Notes: a model not told the origin generated them from the sequence alone. A DNA stretch of 20,004 nt from an uncultured Lyngbya sp. (GCA_964401105.1 CAYNXM010000357.1:1-20004); one strand, 5' to 3'. Shown: positions 1 through 7,141, numbered from the stretch's first letter. Numbers and translations: made by a program.

Positions 1-660
1 TGTAATTCCGGCTGGCAATAGTGTTGGGTCAATTGATAAACTTTCAACATCATCCCCATCTGGACGTGCTGTCAGGACAATGGTTGCCGAGACCATGTTA
101 GGACTATCGGTATCGGTGATAGTAACATCTGTATCCCCAATTGCAACAGGTGTTCCCCCAACGGTAAATGTTGTCGTGAAGTCATTTCCCGCGATAGTGG
201 TATCATCCCCGTCTAAGTCTAATATTGGAGGGATTGTTTCGGCGAAGGTGATAGTAGCGATCGCTGTATTACTGTCAAGAATCCCATCATTGACCGTAAC
301 TTGTACGATGCGATCATCTGGAGTAGGATTGTCGGCAGTGTTATTATAAACAATCTGGTTAATTGCGGTTTGATAATCTGCTTTTGTCGCAACACCTTCA
401 AGAATTAGAGTTCCAGTCTCTGGGTCATAATTACTGGCTGTAATTCCTGGCGGGAGTGTTCCGTTAACCGCTAAACTTTCAACATTATCCCCGTCAAGAG
501 GATTTGTTAGAACCAGGGTAGCCGAAACCATATTATCACTGTCATCATCAGTAATGACAACATCCACATCCCCAACAGGAACTGGATCTCCAGCAAACGC
601 ATCCGTAAAGTCGTCCCCTGTCGCTGTACTATCATCACCATCCAAGTCCAATACAGGGGG
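1..660 (-). repeat. Tandem coding repeats with a 429-nt (143-aa) period; acidic cadherin-like/T1SS-adhesin-type modules
   Basis: ATCATC(A/C)CC(A/G)TC(C/T)AAGTC(C/T)AATA occurs at 631-655 and again at 202-226, an offset of 429 nt. The peptide PP(V/I)LDLDGDD..F...PV.(V/I)GD.DV.ITD.DS.NMVSAT(L/I)VLT..(L/P)DGD(N/D)VESL recurs. The second copy is cut by the window edge. Confidence 0.7.
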
Positions 661-2250
661 TTGTGTACCAGCACGGGTGAAGACAACACCCCCCGCAATT
701 AAGTCCATTCCACCAATATCTTCATCGGTGTCAGTTGGAAAGCTATTAAAGTCAACTAAATCTGGGTTGTTCCCAAGATCTGTTGGAAATAGAGAATATC
801 CAAAGAAATTATCACCTTGCTGTAAACCCAAGTCCCCGAAGCTGACATAAACCCCTGATATGGGTTGTCCGTTTGGCTCACCAACAGTCGTGATCCGTCT
901 TAAGCGATTATCATTATCATCTACCAGAGTAGCTTGATCTCGGCGCAGAACTTCGGCAATGACTGAGGTGTTTGAGTCTCCCCATACCCCGTCATCGACA
1001 TTAACTAACTGTCCATATTGGGATGGAACTCCATTGACTAACTCTGTAATAACGGCAATCTGAAATGGATCGTTACCACCCCGTTCTAAAATTAAGAATC
1101 CAGCGTCTACCGGGTCAATCGTAACACTTAAGGCATTGGTGGAAATGTAGTCAACCCGCTCAATATTGTTATTATTACCTTGATCGTTACCTTGGTTGCT
1201 GAAAACATTATCTGTACCCCGGTTAATGATCTCCCCAAACAGGGCATCTTCCATGATGCTGGTAAAAGGAACATCAGTGTATTGAGGTCTGATGAGAACA
1301 TTCTCGTTCGTGCTACCCTCGGCTTGTTCAAACCATACCAGTTGTCGTCGTCCTTGCACCTGATCTTCGTTAGCTGGGTCAAAAACCCGCCTCAAAGCAA
1401 ACTCATCTAGGGTGTCCCCGGCTAGAAATTCCTCACCGCCATCTAGAGTGAAACCTGTAACTCGAATATCATTCCCATCACCCTCCCGAAAGCTGTAATT
1501 TACGCCCTCTAATTCATACGTCCTTCCCGGCTCAGTTAGATTGACTACCTCGGTTGTTACATCATCAATTCCTTCGGGAAAGACAAAATGGTAGTGATTT
1601 TGGGTTTCCGCAGTCAGGGCTAACTGCGGTTCAAAATCTGATGTCGTCACTTCCAGATGCCAGTCTCCCCCTAATCTTGGGTTGCCGGTGCGGTTGGCTG
1701 AGGCCGCAATTTCTGCACCCGTTAAACGATGCAGTTTTTCAATAAATTCTGTTCCGGCATCCCCTGCAGCGACATTACACCCATAAAGCAGTAAGGATCT
1801 CTTGAACCCCCTTTGAATTCCCCCCTTGGTAAGGGGGGTGGAGGGGGGTAAATAAGCAGCCTTGAACCAATTTTTTAGATGTTCTGCGTATTTTCCGAGG
1901 GTCTCTAAACTGAGGTGAGTATTTCCTAACTGTAAGCGACCCGGAGAGCCGTGAGAAATAATATGCAGTGATGAAACAGCAGGATTTTGTTCGAGTGCTT
2001 CAGTAATTTGTGCAATCCCATCTTGATAAGAATTTAAAATAATAGTCTTAGCCTGGGGAATTGTTCCCTGCAAAAGAATCTCTGCTTTTTCTACTCCTGA
2101 ATCAATGATGACTAGGATTTTTGAGGGAGACTGAGTGCTTAGATCAACTGACTCAAGCTGCTGCGAGTCTCTCAGTTGATTCATGGAACTTAATACTTTT
2201 ATAGGATGGTAATTACTGTAATCTTGCATAGCGTTTTGGATGGTATACAT
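1..2250 (-). CDS. DUF4347 domain-containing giant repetitive surface/adhesin-like protein, N-terminal 750 codons (3' end lies beyond the window edge)
   Basis: The ORF is missing from the track because it has no stop inside the window. I checked every in-frame triplet on the minus strand from 2250 to 1 and found no stop. The ATG is the reverse complement of 2248-2250, with GAGGAG 13 nt upstream and an in-frame stop just upstream at 2266-2268. The N-terminus reads ILVIIDSGVE...SSLHIISHGSPGRLQLG...LLLYGCNVAAGDAG...TGAEIAAS...GGDWHLEV, which matches the DUF4347 signature. The distal part consists of acidic LDLDGDD repeats. Confidence 0.8.
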   Translation of the reverse strand, partial: MYTIQNAMQDYSNYHPIKVLSSMNQLRDSQQLESVDLSTQSPSKILVIIDSGVEKAEILLQGTIPQAKTIILNSYQDGIAQITEALEQNPAVSSLHIISHGSPGRLQLGNTHLSLETLGKYAEHLKNWFKAAYLPPSTPLTKGGIQRGFKRSLLLYGCNVAAGDAGTEFIEKLHRLTGAEIAASANRTGNPRLGGDWHLEVTTSDFEPQLALTAETQNHYHFVFPEGIDDVTTEVVNLTEPGRTYELEGVNYSFREGDGNDIRVTGFTLDGGEEFLAGDTLDEFALRRVFDPANEDQVQGRRQLVWFEQAEGSTNENVLIRPQYTDVPFTSIMEDALFGEIINRGTDNVFSNQGNDQGNNNNIERVDYISTNALSVTIDPVDAGFLILERGGNDPFQIAVITELVNGVPSQYGQLVNVDDGVWGDSNTSVIAEVLRRDQATLVDDNDNRLRRITTVGEPNGQPISGVYVSFGDLGLQQGDNFFGYSLFPTDLGNNPDLVDFNSFPTDTDEDIGGMDLIAGGVVFTRAGTQPPVLDLDGDDSTATGDDFTDAFAGDPVPVGDVDVVITDDDSDNMVSATLVLTNPLDGDNVESLAVNGTLPPGITASNYDPETGTLILEGVATKADYQTAINQIVYNNTADNPTPDDRIVQVTVNDGILDSNTAIATITFAETIPPILDLDGDDTTIAGNDFTTTFTVGGTPVAIGDTDVTITDTDSPNMVSATIVLTARPDGDDVESLSIDPTLLPAGIT
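1801..1868. mobile_element. MITE-like G/C-hairpin mini-element (52 bp) with an 8-bp direct duplication, inserted in frame in the DUF4347 domain
   Basis: CTTGAACC at 1801-1808 and 1861-1868 brackets 52 bp. That 52 bp contains a C6-N7-G6 hairpin (1820-1838) and further G runs. The element plus one repeat copy totals 60 bp, or 20 codons, with no stop. Confidence 0.55.
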
Positions 2251-3275
2251 AACTCTGATAGCTCCTCAAACAAGAACCTAGACTAATAAGTGTTTCTACA
2301 AGTTTCCGAAAAATGATTATTGGCTTAACTTCTTATACTTTCAACAAGAGTTAAAGTCCTCTGGTGAAGGGGATTAGCCCTACTTAGTGCAAGGGTAAAG
2401 GTCTCCTGCTGCAACAGATTAAAAGCCAAAAGTTAAGTCTTAGCATACCAGACTTTTACCTAGGGCTACTGTAGCGGAATATTGGAATCTAATCAATTGA
2501 TGTAGCGTATTTTATTACACTGCGTAAATGCTACATAAATTTGAGGCTTCCGAATCGCATTCCGAGTCGCATCTATTTTAAAATTTTTATTGATAAGTAC
2601 ACACAATTAGCCTCCAGCTTCGTAGCAAATAGGGTAGAAAATCTGGAGACAACAAGCTCTATTTGTATACAACTATTTTAGAGAAGATACTGAATTTAGT
2701 ATTGAGTTAACCAGCTCTACACGGAAAGTTGGCTCACGCCAAACATTTTCCTAAATGAGTTGATGCTCGCTTGAGCGGCAAGAAACAAGGTGACTCTTCC
2801 CCCTGATTTAAACTCAACCTGCTCGACATCTAGCTATTGACCCTGCCTCTAGCAAGCTGCAATCTAACTCTCAAGCTACTAAGGCTTAAACCTCAGCATC
2901 AACTTAATACTATCAGTATTTTACTCTTAATTGTATTTTTCTGACAAGAATTTATCAGTGGTTCTACATAATGGACATATAACCTTGATTTTGCTAGTTC
3001 CGTGTATCTTCTTATGCCAGTTATAAAACTGTCAACTTCAGACTTGACAAAAATATTGTTATACAAGTGATATAGACTAAATGATAGTTATGTTATATTA
3101 CATTATATGTGTTCTAAGATTTGTATCCCAGTGACTAACCTAAAGCGTAAAATCCTAGGTTATATTAAAGTATTTTGATTACATAAACTTTTATTGATAA
3201 AAAAGATAAAATTGAATTGTTGCAGAATCAAAAACATAAATGATATTTTATATTAATGAGTTTCTCAATTAACAT

Positions 3276-4202
3276 TTAAGTCAAAAAATTAAGCATTGTC
3301 GATGCTAACCACTGTTGTAATATTTTAGTTAAGGATATCGCTTGCAGATATTGTTTTTGATTACCTTGCTGAAAAAAGTATTGAGTGGCTTGATTAAAGT
3401 CTGCGAGTGCAAGAGCGTAAAGTCTTTGTTGTTGGTACAATTTTCCGCGACTTAAATAAGCTTGTGCATAGAACGGATCTAAACTTAATGCAGTATTAAA
3501 ATCTTGAATAGCATTTTTAATCTCTCCCTGATGAGAACAACTACAGCCTCGATTATAATAGGCTCTATAGTTGTTAGGATTGATTGCAATAGCGGTTGAA
3601 AAATCACTCATTGCTTTAGATGTTTCTTGATTTAATAAATAAGCCACACCTCGATCTATGTAAATCTCTGCAATTTCTGTATTTTCTAACGGCTGAGATA
3701 ACTTTAATGCTTGGTTATAATCACTAATTGCTGTCAAATAATCTTTCTTATCTACAGAAACTAAAGCCCGATCATAATAACCCCTTGCCTCATCAGGATA
3801 TTGCTGAATTAGTTGATTATAAGTCGATGTTGCTAGATTGAAATTATTATTTCTATAATATGCAATTCCTAAATTGAGATAGGATTCAATATCATTTTTA
3901 TTCAAATCAATTGCTTTCTGACAATCTATTGTTGCTTTAGCATAATTCTCAGTTTGGATATCTACCCAACAGCAACCTCGATAAGCTTCCGCAGAATTAG
4001 GGTTAATTTGAATAGCCCGGTCGAAGTAGTGAAGTGCTTTTGAATAATCAGAAAGTTGAATCTGCTCTATGCCAATTTGGAAGAATTGATGTGCAGCAAC
4101 TTGCTCCGGACTTATCTTGAGTGCTTGCACAGGCATAGTGTTGAGAAACCATACAATTATTGTACTGCTAATAATCCAAGGGATAGAATTCATGTAATTC
4201 AT
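3276..4202 (-). CDS. Tetratricopeptide (TPR) repeat protein with an N-terminal signal/anchor segment
   Basis: The ORF track gives 308 aa. A hydrophobic N-terminus (IPWIISSTIIVWFL..VQA) is followed by about 7 degenerate 34-aa TPR units. These include AEAYRGCCW, IESYLNLGIAYY, ARGYYDRALV, YRAYYNRGCS and AQAYLSRGKLY, each followed by A...F..AI..(N/D)P. Confidence 0.85.
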   Translation of the reverse strand: MNYMNSIPWIISSTIIVWFLNTMPVQALKISPEQVAAHQFFQIGIEQIQLSDYSKALHYFDRAIQINPNSAEAYRGCCWVDIQTENYAKATIDCQKAIDLNKNDIESYLNLGIAYYRNNNFNLATSTYNQLIQQYPDEARGYYDRALVSVDKKDYLTAISDYNQALKLSQPLENTEIAEIYIDRGVAYLLNQETSKAMSDFSTAIAINPNNYRAYYNRGCSCSHQGEIKNAIQDFNTALSLDPFYAQAYLSRGKLYQQQRLYALALADFNQATQYFFQQGNQKQYLQAISLTKILQQWLASTMLNFLT

Positions 4203-4281
4203 AGACTTTTAGAAAATCATCAAGATCAGATTGAATTGCTCAAAATTTCATGTCGTTCATTACAAAAAGTAGAGCTCAAAT

Positions 4282-4331
4282 AAAAAAAATAAGACTCAGG
4301 TCAATACAACTGAAAAACTTGCATGAGTCTT
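4282..4331 (-). terminator. Candidate intrinsic terminator of petJ
   Basis: On the minus strand AAGACTCA pairs with TGAGTCTT (8 bp; plus-strand coordinates 4324-4331 and 4291-4298). A T8 run (4282-4289) follows immediately, 43 nt past the petJ stop. The 25-nt loop is long, so the hairpin is only moderately strong. Confidence 0.45.
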
Positions 4332-4373
4332 AAATAATAAAAAATACTAAATTTGAAGTTGTTTATAACCGAT

Positions 4374-4721
4374 TTACCAGCCTTTCTCAGCTTTATCAAC
4401 AACGTAAGCAGCGACATTTTCAATTTGATCCGGCTTTAAACGTCCTTTGAAAGCAGGCATAGCACCCTTACCATTTGTGACTTGATAAGTAATTGCGGCT
4501 TGAGCGTCTTCACTAAATCCTTTTAAATACTTAGCCAGTGCCTCTTTCTTGAGGGTTTTGTTTGCCATAACTACATTTTTTCCTCCTATATGACAACTAG
4601 CACAATAGGCACTAAAAACCTGAGCGCCTTTTGCTGGATCGCCATCGGCTAAGGCTGGAGACTGTAAAGCGAATGAAAAAAAGAGAAGACCTAATAGTAC
4701 GAAAGAAAGTAACTTTTTCAA
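4374..4721 (-). CDS. petJ: Cytochrome c6 precursor (c-type haem CxxCH, Met axial ligand)
   Basis: The mature part is [38 protein letters not shown]...[12 protein letters not shown]...[16 protein letters not shown], a classic c6 sequence. I trimmed the 179-aa track ORF to the TTG at 4719-4721, which has GAGGAA 7 nt upstream. This gives the signal peptide (M)[24 protein letters not shown]. The longer ORF would overlap the petR start. Confidence 0.85.
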   Translation of the reverse strand: MKKLLSFVLLGLLFFSFALQSPALADGDPAKGAQVFSAYCASCHIGGKNVVMANKTLKKEALAKYLKGFSEDAQAAITYQVTNGKGAMPAFKGRLKPDQIENVAAYVVDKAEKGW

Positions 4722-4789
4722 CGGAATGTTCCTCAACAGAAATAAATCGACAGAATATCGTGCCAAGATTTTGCTATACTGGGCTAACC

Positions 4790-4810
4790 TTGTCAAAAGA
4801 CAACGTGTCA
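4790..4810. promoter_or_regulatory. Candidate operator in the petJ/petR divergent intergenic region
   Basis: A perfect palindrome TTGTC-AAAA-GACAA lies at 4790-4803 and is followed by a second TGTCAA at 4806-4811. TGTCAA therefore occurs twice, 15 nt apart, between the divergent starts at 4721 and 4898. Its function is inferred only. Confidence 0.3.
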
Positions 4811-4897
4811 AACTTAAAGATTCAATAATAAAGTCTAAAATTAATTGCTTTACCCTAGGATAATAACGGTTAATCCCATTAATACCCAAAAATACAG

Positions 4898-5320
4898 ATG
4901 ACTTCTCTACCAAATTATCGTCCTAAAAAACTGTCAGTCGGCCCATTAGAACAGGAAATTTTAAATATTATCTGGGAATTAGATGGGGCAACCACAAAGC
5001 AAATTCATCAGTATATTCTGGCTGACCCGGATCGGGAATTGTCTTATCCGACCGTAACAACAGTATTGCAACGCCTCACTCAAAAAGGTTGGCTGGCCTG
5101 TGATCAAAGCGATCGCGCCTTTGTCTGGCAACCCTTACTCTCTCAAGCCGAAGCCCAACTCCTACAGGCCCATGAACGCCTCAATCAGTTTCTGGCTGTG
5201 ACAAACCCCGATATGGTCGCCGCTTTTGCGGATGATTTGGATCGGGGGAGTTTAAACCAACTCGAAGCGATCGCAGACCGGATACAAGCCATTCGTCAAG
5301 CCAGACAGGAGGAGGAATAA
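4898..5320 (+). CDS. petR: BlaI/MecI/CopY-family winged-helix transcriptional repressor (PetR-like)
   Basis: The ORF is 140 aa. [24 protein letters not shown]....[19 protein letters not shown] is the BlaI/CopY winged-helix pattern, followed by a C-terminal coiled dimerisation region. The gene is divergent from petJ, and its stop overlaps the start of the next gene (TAATG). Confidence 0.75.
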   Translation: MTSLPNYRPKKLSVGPLEQEILNIIWELDGATTKQIHQYILADPDRELSYPTVTTVLQRLTQKGWLACDQSDRAFVWQPLLSQAEAQLLQAHERLNQFLAVTNPDMVAAFADDLDRGSLNQLEAIADRIQAIRQARQEEE

Positions 5321-6168
5321 TGCATTTATTCATGTTAGGAATTGCCTTAACACTGGCTGTAGGAGTACAATCCATTAATCTAGCAGAGCAACCTACCCCC
5401 AGACAGCGGCTACAGCGGTCGCTGATCGGAATTTTAGTACCACCATTATTATTAATCATTACTGCGATCGCAGTGATTTGGATGGGGCCACAAGGAAAAA
5501 TGCTGGGACAATCTACAGGTCTGTTAGGCTATGGCTTAGCTTGGGGATTTTGTGGATGGGCGCTAGTATTAGCGGGTATTTTAATGATACAAGCCGTCAG
5601 ATCATTACAACAAATTCGCTCTTTTCCCACCCAACAGTTACACGGGATTAAAGTTCGAGTTTTGGATCAACCGATTTTATTTTGTGCTCAAATTGGTTTA
5701 TGGCATCCTGAATTAGTGGTAACAGAAGGCTTCATCCAAACCTTAAGCCATCAACAACAGCAGGCGGTTTTAACCCATGAGCAAGCCCATTATTATTACC
5801 GAGATACCTTTTGGTTCTTTTGGCTGGGTTGGTGTCGTCGCTTAACGGGATGGTTCCCCCAAACTGAAATATATTGGGAAGAACTGCTATTATTACGGGA
5901 ATTACGAGCCGATCGCTGGGCTGCACAACGGATCGATCCATTACTGTTGGCGGAGTCATTAGTGTTGATGGTTCGTCATCAGACCATTACCCCACCCGCA
6001 CATTGTGCAACCTTTAGTGCCGCCACGCCACAAAATCGCTTAGCTGAACGGATCGAGGCATTGTTAACAGAAAATATACCACCTCAGGAAAATTATTGGG
6101 AGGCTTGGGGTTGGATTGGATTTGTTTTACTACCTTTATTGACTATTCCATTTCATCACTATTTTTAG
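5320..6168 (+). CDS. petP: M56-family BlaR1-like membrane metalloprotease (PetP-like)
   Basis: The ORF is 282 aa with several hydrophobic segments. It carries the HExxH zinc motif within LTHEQAHYYYRD and a downstream ELRADRWA. It is translationally coupled to the BlaI-type gene, with GGAGGAGGAA directly upstream. Confidence 0.75.
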   Translation: MHLFMLGIALTLAVGVQSINLAEQPTPRQRLQRSLIGILVPPLLLIITAIAVIWMGPQGKMLGQSTGLLGYGLAWGFCGWALVLAGILMIQAVRSLQQIRSFPTQQLHGIKVRVLDQPILFCAQIGLWHPELVVTEGFIQTLSHQQQQAVLTHEQAHYYYRDTFWFFWLGWCRRLTGWFPQTEIYWEELLLLRELRADRWAAQRIDPLLLAESLVLMVRHQTITPPAHCATFSAATPQNRLAERIEALLTENIPPQENYWEAWGWIGFVLLPLLTIPFHHYF

Positions 6169-6203
6169 ATGTTTATAGAACCGTTATCAGATCTTTGTGA
6201 GAG

Positions 6204-6609
6204 AATCAATTGAAAATAGATCTCTAACTTGTCACATTAATCAGTTTGGATTAACTGCTAAGTACAAAGATATTGGAAATTGATATACTTGTTAAATTTT
6301 GATGACATTGTAAAGAAAAATAATGAGTTGGGATGACACGAGTTTACTGAGTTGACAGCTTCCAGTTGGGTTCTGTATGATATGAGATATAGAGTAAGAT
6401 TGGGTATAGGTATGCCTACAAACTCAAATTAGAGTAGATTTATTCTTTAAACCCTGATTATATCGAAGCAACTCTTACCATTAAACTCAGTAGAACTTAT
6501 TTTCTCTACAGCTAGGAAATACAGATATTAAATACCCTACTGTGAGGCAGGGGTTGACAAAACTACATAAATATGATGGCGGGGTGCGTCAATGACTGCG
6601 GCTCAGTCT
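6204..6609. repeat. Noncoding tandem module, copy A (406-bp period)
   Basis: It aligns colinearly with 6610-7127, as detailed in the findings. No ORF is conserved between the copies. Confidence 0.85.
6352..6381 (+). promoter_or_regulatory. Sigma70-type promoter candidate in copy A (TTGACA-N18-TATGAT)
   Basis: TTGACA lies at 6352-6357, the 18-nt spacer at 6358-6375 and TATGAT at 6376-6381. Both hexamers are identical in copy B, whereas 4 of the 18 spacer positions differ. Confidence 0.5.
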
Positions 6610-6757
6610 AATCAACTGAAAATAGATTTCTAACTTCTCACTACAATAAGTTTGGATTAACTGCTAAGCATAAAAATATTGAAAATTGATATACTTGTTA
6701 AATTTTGATGACATTCTCAACAAAAATGATGAGTTGGGATGACACGAGTTTACTGAG

Positions 6758-6787
6758 TTGACAGCTCCCCATCGGGTTCTGTATGAT
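6758..6787 (+). promoter_or_regulatory. Sigma70-type promoter candidate in copy B (TTGACA-N18-TATGAT), pointing toward the 3' end of acs
   Basis: TTGACA lies at 6758-6763, the 18-nt spacer at 6764-6781 and TATGAT at 6782-6787. Confidence 0.5.
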
Positions 6788-6852
6788 ATGAGATATAGAG
6801 TATGATTGGGTATAGGTATGCCTACGAACTCAAACTTTAGTAAGTATTCTCT

Positions 6853-6977
6853 GAGAGGAAATATTAGGCGAGACGGGAAATGCTTGGCGTGACGGGAAAT
6901 GTTTGGCGCGCGCGCCAACCCGTCAAGATAGCCAACCCGTCGATAGCCCAACCCGTCAAGACAGCCAACCTATTAAT
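6853..6977. repeat. Palindromic MITE-like insertion, present only in copy B
   Basis: The centre is TTGGCGCGCGCGCCAA (6903-6918). The left arm carries 2-3 GACGGGAAATGYTTGGCG units. The right arm carries 3 inverted CCAACCCGTC(A/G)A(G)ATAG units. Copy A has no equivalent sequence at this position. Confidence 0.55.
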
Positions 6978-7113
6978 TTCAAACCCCAATCGTATCGAAG
7001 CAACTCTTACCATTAAACTCAGTAGAACTTATTTTCTCTACAGCTAGAAAATACATAAATTAAATACTCTACGGTGAGCGGGAGTTGACAAAACTACAAA
7101 AATATGCAATTTG

Positions 7114-7132
7114 GGTGCGTCAATGACGCACC
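7114..7132 (-). terminator. Palindrome immediately downstream of the acs stop (weak terminator candidate)
   Basis: GGTGCGTCA-a-TGACGCACC starts 10 nt past the acs stop. A usable stem would be about 7 bp. On the minus strand the T run (TATTTTTG) begins only about 12 nt after the stem. Confidence 0.3.
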
Positions 7133-7141
7133 TGAGAGTGA

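Larger units (their letters stand above)
6610..7127. repeat. Noncoding tandem module, copy B (carries an extra ~125-bp insertion)
   Basis: The block order is the same as in copy A. Homology ends at CAATGAC (7121-7127), inside the palindrome just past the acs stop. Confidence 0.85.

Noticed and set aside
80-1745. Track ORFs 80-349(+), 219-401(-), 507-698(-), 554-850(+), 1128-1382(-), 1180-1410(+) and 1554-1745(+)
   Set aside because: All lie in alternative frames or on the opposite strand of the 750-codon stop-free DUF4347 reading frame, which has clear domain and repeat homology. I treat them as shadow ORFs.
4722-4913. N-terminal 64-codon extension of the petJ ORF, and the 4631-4828(+) ORF
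   Set aside because: The extension has no c6 homology and would overlap the petR start. A TTG with a good GAGGAA site gives a normal signal peptide.
6554-6577. A second TTGACA...TATGAT pair near the end of each module copy (also at 7085-7108)
   Set aside because: The spacer is only 12 nt in both copies, which is too short for a sigma70-type promoter.
6664-6951. 95-aa minus-strand ORF in the track, inside module copy B
   Set aside because: It spans the palindromic insertion and repeat sequence. Its counterpart in copy A is broken after 16 codons (MSSKFNKYINFQYLCT, then a stop). The composition is low-complexity with no start context, so I treat it as a chance ORF.
6204-7127. Possible CRISPR array or type I toxin-antitoxin tandem
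   Set aside because: The repeat unit is ~406 bp with no short repeat/spacer periodicity, and no cas genes are present. No conserved hydrophobic mini-ORF exists on either strand.
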